NCBI GenBank assembly: GCA_965153285.1 | Contig: OZ229112.1 | DNA: 64,000 nucleotides | Direction: 5' to 3' (one strand) | From: Podarcis tiliguerta | Lineage: Eukaryota | Part shown: piece by piece, positions 37,601-50,603 of the stretch | How positions within the stretch are numbered: position 1 is the first letter of the stretch | Layout of the letters: the number at the start of each line of letters is the position of its first letter | Program-made: the position numbers and the translations under genes | The notes under the pieces: generated by a model | Seen by the model: only the letters and a program-made list of their open reading frames with translations | Databases searched by the model: none | What the model was told of the DNA's origin: nothing

Positions 37601-37984
37601 GATGTGCACCTCACTCTGCCCTGATGTTCATTCACGCTTTTGTCTAATATTTTTTGTTCTGCTGCAACTGGTTTATTTTGAATGAGTTTGTGTTCCATTT
37701 TGGCATCTGCTGATGTGGAAATATACATTTTAAGATGTATTTTTTTTTTACATAGCATACAACAGCCATGCGTAACTCAGTTATCAATGGATATTTCCAA
37801 ATCACCTTGCACCTTCCCTTTTAAAGTTAATAATTTCCTATTCGCTTTTTACAGCAAAAAGAGCTTTGTGACACCTTAAAGACAAAGTCAATGAAGTGGC
37901 TAATGACCCATCACAAAGCCATATTTAGCTAAAATATGTCTAGTCAGATGTAAATATCACTGAATTCAGTGGGGCTTACTCCAA

Positions 37985-38312
37985 GACAGTTGGATGGCCT
38001 CTTATATGCATCCTTCCAGCAACTCCTGCAACCAAGCTGCCAAATGTTTTGCTCTTCTTTCCTTTGGACCACAACAGGGAGGCCAAGAGGGAGGGTCATG
38101 TTGTTTGGGCAGCCCAGGACCCCCATATATACTGCCCAGGTTTGCACCATGCAGAGGTCATTTTCGTGCTGCTAACACAGCAAAACAATGCTGGAGGCAG
38201 CAGTGTTGAGTTGCCAGTCTCTGCAGCCACCGCAGGCGCTGTGATCCCCCAGTGTTTTGCCTTCACCCCAGAAGCACACTCGATTGTCTCTTGAGACAGA
38301 CAGATGCCAACT
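37985..38312 (-). mobile_element. Short non-autonomous element resembling an RTE-type 5' UTR
   Basis: Second copy at 59140-59418; minus strand starts GTTGGCATCTGTCTGTCTC and contains GGTCCAAAGGAAA and GCAGGAGTTGC; the family assignment is from memory. Confidence 0.55.
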
Positions 38313-38478
38313 CCAAGGGAAGTGGGGTTAGGACTGCAGCTACTCTTGCTACTTTGATTTCACAGTGCAATATAAACTTGTCATCCACAGCACTACAGCA
38401 CTCTCAACTTCTGATCCCCAGCAATTGCTACCCTGAGGCATCTGATGCTCCTGGTAGGGACAATATAACCATCGTGAT

Positions 38479-38996
38479 CAGGCCCGGATTTAGGTTTGAT
38501 GAGACCCTAAGCTACTGTAGGTAATGGGGCCCTTTATATGTCCAGCTGTCCTTTGTCAACAACAAATTGTTGTTTTTTGTGTTGAATATATGCTATATGG
38601 TAATTTATGGACCTAATAGGTATCTAAAGCCATTTGCACATAACAAAATATATATTTTATCAAAGTAATTGTTGAACTGATATACAATTAAGAAGAAGTA
38701 TAGTACAGTGGTACCTCTGGTTATGAATGCTTCAGGTTACGAGTTCGGCTAACCTGGAAGTAGCTGCTCCTGGTTGTGAACTATGCCTCAGGATGCAAAT
38801 GGAAATCGCGCAGCGGGAGACCCCATTAGCAAAAGGGCACACCAGGATAAGAATGGTTTCAGCTTAAGAACGAACCTCCAGAACGAATTAAGTTCGTAAC
38901 CAGAGGTACCACTGTAATATTGAAATTTTTGCCCCCACCCCCGAGAGTGGGGCCCTAAGCTATAGCTTGTTTAGCTTATACATAAATCCAGCACTG
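38479..38996. mobile_element. hAT MITE
   Basis: TIRs CAGGCCCGGATTTA / TAAATCCAGCACTG; TSD ATCGTGAT/ATCATGAT. Confidence 0.82.
38706..38914. mobile_element. Tigger-like MITE nested in the hAT MITE
   Basis: TIR CAGTGGTACCTCTGGTTA with TA flanks. Confidence 0.9.
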
Positions 38997-40334
38997 ATCA
39001 TGATCAGTGGCCATGAATAGCTGTCTCCTCCATGAATTCACCCAATTCCTTTAATCACTATCATCTAAGTTTAAATGGACCATGTGGAATTTTAGAAACA
39101 TTGTTACCTGTACTTCATTCTCCAAGTGGTGAGAGATTTCAATGCTGCTGGCACACAGCTCAGGTTGGGCCTCCTCAGAGTGAAGATCACTGGAGGTGGT
39201 GGTCTGTTTGTGATACGTGATTTTATTTACAGATATATACAGGCTCAGCCATAGGTGGAAGGGCTCAGAGCACTAACACTCCATCAGTTCTTGCTCCCGC
39301 ATTAGGTTTCTAGCTCCCGGCTCCGAAGCCATAGCTTTGAATTAAGCACAGAGAGCAAGGCAAGCATCTTTCTTTTCACAGCCCAGTTCAGGATGAAATT
39401 GTTCCTGCTCTGTTGTTTTCTTACACTGACTAATAACATTGCCTCCAGCCATGGGAGTGGGTGGGAGGCCTGCTTCCATTAGCCCACCTTCTGGAAGCAC
39501 CTCTAGGTAGTAGTTTCTGTGGCTGCCAATCACCTGCACACTTTAGTCCTGCAAAGATATACTTGGTAGAGGTCGCCATAACTCCTGGTTTAACAAAGAG
39601 ACTGGTTTGATTACTTGAGCAGCCTTTTGTTCCAGATATAGAAACACCAACTTGGAACAGACCCTAAAGGTGGCATCCAAATTAACTACCAATCATATAG
39701 CAATATCATAATATCTCTGTGAGCTACTTCAGGTCAATGGTTTTTGCAGGTTCTCTTTTTCTGCAAGGATCTCTTAATCTCCAGAGTCTTGTTTTACTCA
39801 TAGCCTGCAATCACCACAGGTAAGTGAGGTGTTTGTCCCTCATTTTAATATCTGGGCCATCTCTGATACAGTCCATTTCTCATGTGCTTCCTATAGTGAT
39901 TCGTATTGCGTCCAGGTATGGACAACTTCAGCTATTCCATGGTATTCTAAAAGGAAAGCTTAAGACTCTGGAGCAATACAAAGCAGATCTAAAATAAGAA
40001 CACAGGTGACCACTGCCAATATATCTGCTTGTTTTGTGGATGCCAAAAGAATTGAAATCTGATGGAAAAGTGGTTTGGGCATCAGTTTCACATTCCAACA
40101 GTGTCTTTGGGGCTATGTTGTAAAACAAGCAGATGGGATGCTTTAGGCTTCACCAATATCATTAATAGCCAAGGGGAAAATGGGAGAGGCAGAATTATGA
40201 ATAAATGAAACTTTCAGGTATTGAAAAACAAGGGGCTAGATTCAGATTCCGTTTCACTTAGGTTCCACTGAAATCAATAAGGTAAGTTAGCTATGACTTA
40301 AGTTCATATTAAGTGCAACAATTTGTGTGGAATC

Positions 40335-40545
40335 GGCCACACTTCTGCTTGTCCTGTGCCTAAAAGGCATGGGTCCAAGTGGTTTCCCATTAGCCCCGCT
40401 GCTTTCCCCAGGAAAACATGTTCCTTACTGTTGAATCAGAATAAACGTCAATCCGTGGAAAAACTGATTGCTGGTAAACTTCAGTGGTAAACAGTGGGTT
40501 TCCCTGGGGGAAAGCGGTGGGACAAGCAGAAGTGTGGATAAGCCC
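40335..40545. mobile_element. Palindromic MITE, same family as 8892-9111
   Basis: CCACACTTCTGCTTGTCC / GGACAAGCAGAAGTGTGG inverted repeat. Confidence 0.7.
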
Positions 40546-40574
40546 TTACAGCATAAACACTGATTCCCCTAAAC

Positions 40575-40710
40575 CAGGGTTTCCCAAACTTGGGTCTCCA
40601 GCGGTTTTTGGACTACAATTCTCACCATCCCTGACCACTGGTCCTGCTAGCTAGGGATGATGGGAGTTGTAGTCCAACAACTGCTGGAGACCCAAGTTTG
40701 GGAAACCCTG
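40575..40710. mobile_element. hAT-Charlie-type palindromic MITE, 136 bp
   Basis: Long TIR CAGGGTTTCCCAAACTTGGGTCTCCAGC; flanks CCCTAAAC/CACTAAAG; degraded relatives at ~21975, 47985, 56655, 59828, 59998, 60640 and 63752. Confidence 0.88.
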
Positions 40711-42422
40711 CACTAAAGCAGCTTCTCTTGGTGAAGTGACCGCATCTGGATCCTGCACAGTAATTCAGTAAGTCGGCTCCCCCCTTTTTGGGTGTGGTGG
40801 CATTGCAGGATGGCGGAAGGCTCCTCCAAGGCCCCAGTGAGGGGGTAGCATCCACAGAGCCCCATAAACCCACACCACCTATCAGAGGCCGGATCCTAGC
40901 GTGCATCCCAGATTGTCAAATGGGGTTGCAGGCTAGGACCCGGGCTGGGACAGAGAGGGGAGGCTTCCCTTGGGTCCGCCCCATGGCCATTTAAGCAGCC
41001 CTCACCTGGGGCCCTACCTGCTTTTCCCTCCGTGCAAATGCACCACACTCCTTGCGCTGAAACCGTGTTGCCTGGAAAGGCCCGGGAATATCTTTTGGAA
41101 GGCCAGAAAAGGCAGCAAGATCTGCAGGGAACACATCTGAGGAGATTGGAATAGGGTTCTTGGATGTTCTTTTCTGAAGAGGATTGAAGGAGCGATATTA
41201 CCAGAGCAACCGGAGGCTCCTACAGGATGGGTTGCAGACTTGTTTTAAAGCGAGCCACATTGGCTAATTTATTAGCTGACATTTAACTGGAATTGATACC
41301 ACTGCCTTCGTGCATCTGGCTAATTCCAAGGGGTTCAAGAGTATCTCGGCAACAAACAACACATTATGCTCTTATGGACCCAGCCCAGTTTACAGTACAT
41401 TCCCAGGGCTGCTGCTGAACATTCCTTTGCTTTCCACTGAAACATGCTGCAGCCAGGTGAGTGTGTGGCTTGACTGGACTCGAAGGCACAAGGGAACATG
41501 GAGCATATTGAATTGTTCAGGGTTGCAGATATCTTGACAATAATCAGGAGCATTCATTTAAAACCAACCCAGCAGAAGGTCTGTGTGCTGGCAGGCCACA
41601 TTATCCCAGCTGACAGACGAGTTGTACTGGAGGAAGTGAAGCCTTTTTCAAAGTAAATGAAAAAACCAAAACAAAACAGCAGCCCAGCAGGGTTTTGCTA
41701 TTTCAAAAGGGTGCTTGAACTGGAATTAGAACTGCAGACAGCCATTCTCTGTTCAAGGCAAAGGGCAATTATAGGCTGGCATTGTAGCTAGTGTGCTGGC
41801 TTAGGTTCAGATCTGTGGTGTATCTGACAGTATGCTACCCTAGCGCATGCCAAAAAACCAGGGGGACAGAACTGAGAACAGCAGGAAGGAAGTGAAAACA
41901 GCCAGGGGCAGCAATGGGCAGAGTGACTTGTTAGGATATTGATGTTCCGTTCCACCTTAACAGACGTGTGGAATTGTTGTATGTCACATGTCTGTTTACA
42001 CTCCAGCACAGCCTGCTGGGAACTTCCATTTGTGTGTATAGCTATTGCTTATGCTGCTTGCTTGGACATGAAAGGGAGAAGACATGTTTTTCCTTTTGTC
42101 CTGATGTATGCTGAATAAAATGCTTGTAAATATGCTTTACACAGCCTCTCCCTGCCACTTCTGTTGTGCGTTTACTCTGCTGAGTTGCATGCCCAGCTTC
42201 TGAGGCTTCTGGAGCTCTGGGTTGCAGATTCATGCTGCACCAAGGACTGGAGTTTGACCAGCACATCGGCTGGTGGGCTGGAGCCAGCTGGGGGCTTGCC
42301 AATTGCCCCCGATTCCTTAGCAGCATCCAAGCATGACTAACCCTTTGCTTTGAAGTCCATACATTCAGATGTCTCTTGTAGGCCAGATTTAGGGAGTTTT
42401 AATGTGCAAATGTTTCAATGTG

Positions 42423-42613
42423 CTGATGTTGGGAAAGATTGAGGGCACAAGGAGAAGGGGACGACAGAGGATGAGATGGTTGGACAGTGTTCTCGGAGCT
42501 ACCAACATGAGTTTGACCAAACTGCGGGAGGCAGTGGAAGATAGGAGTGCCTGGCGTGCTCTGGTCCATGGGGTCACGAAGAGTCGGACACAACTAAACG
42601 ACTAAACAACAAA
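42423..42613 (+). mobile_element. 5'-truncated Bov-B, last ~190 bp
   Basis: Closely matches 3397-3589; 12-bp TSD AATGTGCAAATG (42401-42412, 42614-42625). Confidence 0.95.
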
Positions 42614-42859
42614 AATGTGCAAATGGACTTAGGTCTTGCAAGGAACCAGCAGCTCAGGATTAGCAAGGTTTATTGCTGTGCCATCTTCCAAAGAGTGATT
42701 TAGCAAATTCAGCTCTTAGGAACACCCTACCTTATGTTGCCATCGTTTTAAAATCTCCAAGAAGATGGCATTGACACGAGGTGGGAGGTTAGATGTCAAA
42801 ATGGGAAGCTTTGTCGTAATATGTGATGCATTCCTTTCAGTGTGAGAGAGCTGGGAGAG

Positions 42860-43130
42860 CTGTGCCACCAACCTAGATGGCTTTAAAAGAGGGTTAGATG
42901 AATGCATGGCGGAGATGGCTATCGCCAGCTCCTAGCCACGATGGCTCTGCTCTGTCTCCGCAGTTGGAGGCAGCAATGCTTCTGAATACTAGTTGCTGGA
43001 AACCACAGGAGGGGAAAGTGCACTGGTTCTGGGGTCCCGCTTGCGGGTTTTCCACAGGCATCTGCCTGGCCACTGTGAGAATAGGATGCTGGACGAGATG
43101 GGCCATTGGCTCTTCCTATGTCCTTATGCT
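42860..43130 (+). mobile_element. CR1 LINE 3' end
   Basis: GATGGCTTTAAAAGAGGGTTAGAT (DGFKRGLD) followed by a 3' UTR ending CTATGTCCTTATG. Confidence 0.8.
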
Positions 43131-44219
43131 CATTGCATAGCTGAAATTGTGTAATCTCCTTGCAAACAAATCACAGCGAATGCTCAAGAATGCTTCCAGG
43201 TGATCTGGAAGCCCTTGTGGCTGTACACTTTTGTCTCCCATCGGAAGTCAGGGTAGCCCCAGGAGTCCTCATCTGGAGCCGGCTGGGACAGCCATGATTG
43301 GGAAACTAGAGAGGGAGGGAGGGTGGGGGAAGAAATGCAGAAAGGATTTGAGGGTTATTTATTGGAGGTATTAATGTATAATCTTTTTAAGAGGGAGCCT
43401 GGCCTCATCTGCTATATCTAGTTGGAGAAAGCAACAAAAGAAAGAAGAAAAGAGATGCTTTAGCTCTTACTGCAGGCTTTCCAGACGGTGTGGTGTCAGC
43501 GACCACACCCCTGTTGCTATTCTGGAAACCTCTGGGGAGTGGAGTAGGGGGAGTTACGGAGCTATCCATTTTACATTAGTAACATCTGTGCAAATTTCAG
43601 AAGTTCATGTCACGAGGCTCCTACTTGTTCTCCAGTAAAAAACCACCCCGGGGGAAGTCATTTGAATCTGGGAAACTCATTGGTGGCTGGGCTTTAGCGT
43701 TGGTTCTGCAAAACAAAGGCTATCATTTAGAATTCTGCCTCCATAATAAATTCCTGCACAATCTTCAGAGATTTGGCAATGCTCCCCTAGGCCAAAGAAT
43801 AGAAAGAATCCCTATATACTTTTGCATTTAACCATCTGTCTTGCTAGATGCCATCTTTGCCAGTCAAGCAATTGTGATAGCTGTAAGGAAGACATACTGA
43901 GACATACTGAGAACGCAGCTTCAGTTTCATACATTGATGGGTTATGCACAGTCTGAAAGTGGGATAGGTGCGGTGGAGGGAAGCACCATCTGCCCCACTG
44001 GGCTAGAGCTTGATTGGCTGCTCACTTGGGTGCAATCTTACACCTTCGCAGGTGATTTGGCAAGCGGCCATTGACAAGCACGCAGCAACAGCTTCTCATC
44101 TCCCAGCAACTGGCAGTCTCATCTGCCAGAGAGATTTGCATCCTCTGCAGTTGGGTTATGCAGTTATAAGCATTGCATGCTACTGGACTTTATCCCACTT
44201 GACTCACCAGGTGCACAAG

Positions 44220-44220
<1 letters not shown>

Positions 44221-44260
<40 letters not shown>
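44221..44260. repeat. (TG)n microsatellite
   Basis: Read directly; similar tracts at 45530-45561, 46922-46956 and 50569-50601. Confidence 0.95.
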
Positions 44261-44262
<2 letters not shown>

Positions 44263-44722
44263 GACAATGTATGCAGTTTGCAATCTGGCAGGAGCCAGCT
44301 GCAAATTATTACATAGACTCTTCGGGTAGGGGCTGCTCTCTTCCCCTCTCCCAATTAACCTCTGTCTCCTGGGCTCAGTGGTGAGAAGAAGCATATTAGA
44401 AAAAATCACCAGGGCCTGCTCCCATGACGTCACCAGGGTCTACCACCCACAACATCACCAGGGGCCACCCCTAAGTCTCAGGTTTGAGCTCTGAAATCTC
44501 AGGGTCTGGGATGCTCCTGACCTGGCAACCCTAGTTGAGTGCCTCATGTTGCCACTGGGTGGGGCCAAAGTTACACGTGGGGGGAGCATCTTCTTTTCTC
44601 TCTTTTTTCAGCCATCCACCTTTCCTATGTTTCCCCCTCCCAAATAAGATAAGGCTAAGGGTTGCATGTGGCTCCAGGGCTGCAGCTTGCAACCCCTGTT
44701 CTACCAGGCGTACAAACTTTGT

Positions 44723-45107
44723 ATGGAATGTGGCTGGCGCTGTGGTCTAAACCACTGAGCCTCTTGGGCTTGCAACTCAGAAGGTCAGCAGTTCGAATCC
44801 TCACTATGGGGTGAGCTCCCTTTGCTCTGTCCCAGCTCCTGCCAACCTAGCAGTTTGAAAGCACACCAGTGCAAGTAGATAAATAGGTACTGCTGTGGCG
44901 GGAAGTTAAACAGCGTTTCCATGCGCTCTGGTTTCTGTCACAGTGTTCCTTTGTGCCAGAAGAGGTTTAGTTATGCTGGCCACGTGACCTGGAAAGCTGT
45001 CTGTGGACAAACACCAGCTTCCCTGGCCTGAAAGCGAGTTGAGCACTGCAGCCCATAGTCACCTTTGACTGGACTTAACCATCCAGGGGCCCTTTACCTT
45101 TTACTTT
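44723..45107 (+). mobile_element. Sauria SINE, full length
   Basis: A box TGGCGCTGTGG; B box AGTTCGAATCC; 12-bp TSD TACAAACTTTGT. Confidence 0.93.
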
Positions 45108-45527
45108 TACAAACTTTGTGTGTCGCCTTTTGAGTATGGCAAAGATGGAGCTCTTCAAGGAGCACTGAAGTAGATGGGGTAGATGGGGAAGTCTGCTCGC
45201 AAACTTTCTGTTTATGGAAGAAGATATAACTTCTTACCCAGGAGGCTGCAGTGTTTTGTCACAGTGTCTCGGAGCATGAAATTAAAACAAATGCCTGTAG
45301 CATAATGTATTTAAAGTTCCATGAGAACAAGATTACAAGGCACGTGTGTGTTATGTTTCATTTGATGAGCATCAGAGACTTGTTTAAGCATTTCTATTTA
45401 CAGCAGAGAACTTTTGATTACTTTGTGTGTGTGTTTTAAAAAAGATGCTTCTAGAAAAATGGATGCACAGGATTTCAAAGGGAGCCACACACAGACAGCT
45501 ATAAGGGAAAACATCCCCTCTGCCCCC

Positions 45528-45563
<36 letters not shown>

Positions 45564-46440
45564 AGCATAGTAGCTGAGAAAGTTTGGAATGCTTAGGAGC
45601 GAAAGGGTTTGAAAAACATTCCCATCATAGATATACGTGGCAGCAACATTCATTGCTGAGTAGCCATAAATAATTCCATGGGTTTTTAACTGTAGCTGGC
45701 AGGGCTAGCCAAAGTTCCTCTCAGTCCTGGATGCAATTTATTGGAACTGGCAATTGTAGCATGTTCTGCTCTGCAGTAAATGGTTGCAGGACACAGTCAA
45801 TCACCATGATGCGTTGCTTCTGCTGCAGTTTCACCGCATAATATCAAGAGGGTCAATAGGTTGGACGGCTATAGATTACAGCTCTAAACTTCACCTTTGC
45901 AACATCTCACAGGTCCTGAACGGAAAGCCCACAAAGGCAACTCACAGCCGATTCTTAGCAGAGTGTCAGTGAGTGATGGACCTAGAATAAAAGTAGACAG
46001 GAGCCAACACATGGGGGGAAAGGTACCAAGTAAGGCTCCAGAAAAGCTTCCAAAAGATCTCGACAGGATAGCAGAGGCCAACACAAATAGGCTAAAGGGG
46101 TGGGGAGGGCAAGATTCCTTGTCCACCCTTGCAAGGGAAAGAAGCAAGATTGTGGAGGGGTGGTAGAGGGGATGAGCATGGAGTAGTGATGAAGGACCCC
46201 AGGTTGGTCAGGCAAAACAACTGTCTTATTCAATATATGCAAGGGCTAGGGGTTGGTGAATCTGTTTCTCATTCATCCACTCTTCAGCTCTTGACATTTC
46301 CACACCATGTTATGAATTTCTTTGAAAGTAAGTCCTCTTGAAAATTCACGAACATTTTAGTGCAACCTTCTAATATACACAGTGTTGTGTTCACTTTTGC
46401 CGAATGCACACATTTTTGTAAAACATTATCATCACCATCA

Positions 46441-46805
46441 GGGACGCGGGTGGCGTTGTGGGTAAAACCTCAGTGCCTAGGACTTGCTGAATGTAAGGTC
46501 GGCGGTTCGAATCCCCGAGGTGGGGTGAGCTCCCGTCGTTCGGTCCCAGCTCCTGCCCACCTAGCAGTTCGAAAGCACCCCTAAGTGCAAGTAGATAAAT
46601 AGGTACTGCTTTATAGCGGGAACGTAAACGGCGTTTCCGTGTGCTGCGCTGGTGCCGGCTCGCCAGAGCAGCTTCGTCACGCTGGCCACGTGACCCGGAA
46701 GTGTCTTCGGACGGCGCCGGCTCCCGGCCTCTTGAGCGAGATGAGCGCTCAACCCTAGAGTCGGTCACGACTGGCCCGTACGGGCAGGGGTACCTTTAGC
46801 TTTAC
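46441..46805 (+). mobile_element. Sauria SINE, full length and CpG-rich
   Basis: A box TGGCGTTGTGG; B box GGTTCGAATCC; TSD TATCATCACCATCA(G). Confidence 0.95.
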
Positions 46806-46924
46806 TATCATCACCATCAGATTACCCTTCACCAAAAGGTCCAAGGGCAGGTTACAACAAAGCAAAATACATCATTAAAAACAGTTTAAAACAAATTATA
46901 ATCACAGCTAGAGTGGGTCCATGT

Positions 46925-46958
<34 letters not shown>

Positions 46959-47168
46959 TTATGTATACTCTGTCACACTTTACCCATTTTTGTCAGAGAA
47001 TTGCATCGCAAAATTCAGAGACCTGTGAATTTGTAAGAATGACTATGTTTCGATTAGTGTATCATTTTGGGCAGGGCAAATTAGATTTGTTCACCTTTAA
47101 AGTTTAGTATAGCGATTGAGGAGGTAGAAATAATCAAGAAAATGCACACACAGACATATATGCATATA

Positions 47169-47316
47169 CCGTATTTTTCCGTGTATAAGACTAGGTTTCC
47201 CACCTTAAAAATAATGTAAAAAATTGGGGGGGCGTCTTATACACAGATATACCTCCGCCATTTTCTTAAATCTGAGTCCTCAAAAATAGGGGCGTCTTAT
47301 AGATGGAAAAATACGG
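47169..47316. mobile_element. Tc1/mariner (Tc2-like) MITE
   Basis: TIR CCGTATTTTTCC / GGAAAAATACGG with TA flanks. Confidence 0.85.
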
Positions 47317-47908
47317 TAATTGTTTTTGACTGCTTAATATACTAAAAATCTCTATCACTTTACATAAAACAATAAAGATATAACAGTGACAGCCTGGGGG
47401 AGGGGGATCCTAAAAACTAGGATATAACTACTTGTTACAAAACCCAATAAATATTATTATTATTATTTTTGAAGAAGAAGAAGAAGAAGAAAGAAAATAG
47501 CAAAGATTGCCTTGGTCTGATGGGGGGGAGGCAGTTGGGTAGGTGTCTTGGATTTTACCCTGAGTTTTCTTGCCAAAATTCAAACTTATGCTTAAATCAG
47601 GCTAGTTTAAATTTTTGCTAGGAAATTCAAGGTAGAAGAATTTGCTTTGCAAGCATTATTATGGTTAAAGTTGGATTTAGATGGCAGGCAGGGGTTGGGG
47701 GGAGGGCAAGACAAGGTGCACAAGTATTAAATGTAAGATATTGATACCTGACATCTTACTTTAAGGTTCAGCACTGTGAGTAAAGACCTAAGTTTTTAAA
47801 TGTGTAATTCTAGTCAACATTTTGCAAAATGCATGGAATTGAAATAATAAACTGAGCACTGGTACAGAAGCCTGTGCATTGTCCTTTCACAATATTTAGA
47901 AAAAGAAG

Positions 47909-47948
<40 letters not shown>
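47909..47948. repeat. (AAT)n microsatellite
   Basis: Read directly. Confidence 0.95.
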
Positions 47949-48179
47949 TTTATTATTATTTTTACCCCACCCATCCTTTAGTGCAGGGGCAGCCAACATG
48001 GTGCCTTCAGCTTGATCACAACTCCAGCAGTCCTAGTTACCATGGTGGGAATTGTGAACATCTGGCAAGCACCAGGTTGGCTTTCTATGCTGGTGCCCAT
48101 CTGTAATATGCAGCTTTAAGGGAGAATTTCTAAAAAGATCTCTGTTAGGGCAGGCGGCACAAACAATCGCAACCTGAGT

Positions 48180-49190
48180 TCACAGATGCTATAGGGGTAA
48201 CCACAAAGCTATAAATATGTCTCCTTTTATTTCTTCCCAGGCTAGCTTACATTGCTGGATGAGCTTTTTGGCCAAAGCCATTTGCCAAATTCTATTGTAC
48301 TAGACAGACATGGAGAAATCCTCTTTACTTTAACCAAAATTGGGCAGTTTCCATATGGATAGGTACCAAAAGGGAGATAACAAGTTCCTCATGTAAGAAG
48401 TCCCCACGACACTCCTGAAACACAGAACGTTTGGCCAATGCAGACTCTAAACCAATCGGCTCTGGCGTTATCTCAGTGACAGTGCCAAAAACACAACCTG
48501 CCAGAACTCCTTGAGTGCTGGGTTCTTCCACCAAAGATGTATTAAGAACTCCCTGCTCCACAATGACGGCAATTTATGTGTTGTAGCTGGAGGGGAGGGT
48601 CCAATACCTCCTATGCTCTAGTTTAAGCTTTGCCTCTTGAGTGCTTGATGAGGTTGATCTAAAAGGTAACTTCCCCCACATGCTCAGCCAGCTCCTTCCC
48701 AAAATCTGAAATCCTACAACTGCTTCATGTGCCAATTTCAATCCAATAAGGTTCCAGTCATTAAGTTAAAACTTGCTGAGTCTATATCCTTTGCTCCTCT
48801 AATGCCTTCCAGACAGATATTTTTGCAATAGGTGAGTTATCTGGGGGTTCCATTTCTCAACAAATGAATGAACCTGAGCTTTCTGAAACCAGCCTATCCA
48901 TTTATCCTGGAATGTGCCATCAAAGTGGTCTGCATCTCTCCAAATAGTCCTGCGTCCTATATGGTTCCTGTTTCTCCCACCCCCTGAACTGTGAAATTCT
49001 AACCTCGTTTGCCAAGCCAGGATGATCAAACTATGCCTCAATATAAGCCGGTGGCCATATGAGCAGAGTTGCCTTCCAGTTCTGTGATCTTTTGTGGCTT
49101 TAAATTCAAAAGGTTTCATCTTCAAATTCCAAAGGATGGATAGAGTTTGCTTCTTGCTCCAGGAATAGATAGAGTTTACTTCTTGCTCCT
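48180..49190 (-). mobile_element. Degraded L1-clade ORF2 C-terminal fragment
   Basis: Across frameshifts: WFQKAQV, EAKLKLEHRRYW, CRHCGA, LIHLWWKNPALKEFWQVV, YNRIWQMAL, FIALWLP (L1 Cys-rich domain pattern). Confidence 0.8.
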
Positions 49191-50565
49191 CTACACTTTG
49201 AGCTGTGTAAATGAACAGGGCTTGACATTAAACGCTTCTGATTGTGCCCAGAAGAGGGCACTAATACCCGTCACAAACACTTGAGCAAACTCGTTAGAAT
49301 TAATTATGAAAATAACTTTTTCCTGTGGGCTGTCAGCTGCACCAATCCCTTGCTGGTTGCTGAATGCTTTACTGCTTGAGATTATGGCTATTGTTTTTAC
49401 TGTAACTATGTCATATGGCAGAGCAATGGAAATAAATTTGCTGAGATTGGCACTTTGTAGGGAAACACAAGCGAAAAGAGGCTTATGATGGGTGTCTAGC
49501 AACAAAGGCAACAAGATGCAGTTGATACCTGGTGCTTAATTCTTAACTGGCTAGCACTTAGAACACGTCATTTCTCGCATCAGGGGATATTGTTTGATAT
49601 TGCCTCATCTTTCCCCAGAAAGGCAGCCTTCTAACTTGACTACAAAGTTTGGCACAAGCCTTCTGAAAGAGACCATATCACATTCTGCTGGTTAGAAATG
49701 TCTTCTCGTGCATTTCTCTTCTAACTTAGACATATTTGTGTGCAATTTTGTCTAATATGTACATCCTTGCAAAGCAACATCTCCTATAAAATAATGTATT
49801 TTTGTATGCTATTGTCATTATATCCATTTCATCCTGGCATTTGCATTTTTGCACATTACTTGACCGGAAAAGCATACGGCATTGCAAAATTCAGAGACAT
49901 GAAAATTTCGAAAGGTTTGCACACTGTTTCTGAAAGTGCAAATCAGGTAGATTCATCTTTACTTGTGAACTGAATCACGTTTCTCCTCCATCTCTTTCTG
50001 GCCCCACTTACACAGGCAGTCATTCCCTCGGATGACTACCTTTGAATTCCATGATTGCTGGGCCCCCAACTCCATCTTGGCAGGCAGGAAAGGTCGGAAC
50101 AGAGGGAAATCTTCAGGCCAACCTAACACACAGGCCACTATTATTCTTTCTCCCTCTCTTAAACTAAGGAAGATAATACGAGGACTATTGTAGTCCTCCA
50201 TAGGCAGCTGGAAAAGGGTCAAGCCTCATTCCTGCTAGTGCTGCGGGTTTCGATTTTGAACCCAGTGCTCTCCCCACCAGCAACAGCTCTCACCTAGTTC
50301 TGCCTGTCCACATCACAGGGTTTAGAAGGAAACAGTGGTTGTTTTGCAAAATAATAATTAGATTTCCTGAAGTTTTGAGCTCTGTTCTGACAATGCTGCA
50401 AGCAGCCTCCCCACCCCCTCTGGTCTTTTAAAATCTTACATATCTGTGTAGTAAGCTTTAAAAGGCCAAGTTAGTGGTGCTTTAAAATCTTCACAACAAT
50501 CATTTGCCTGGAACGTATTGGCTTGAGGAAAAGGGAAGGCTTCTAAATCAGTTTATGGCAGTCAA

Positions 50566-50603
<38 letters not shown>

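Larger units (their letters stand above)
38410..39055 (-). mobile_element. CR1 3' fragment hosting two nested MITEs
   Basis: Flanks 38410-38478 and 38997-39055 join into the reverse complement of the CR1 end at 42880-43000. Confidence 0.6.

Noticed and set aside
46441-46520. tRNA gene suggested by A/B boxes
   Set aside because: It is the head of a Sauria SINE with body, tail and TSD; the same applies to the other SINE heads.
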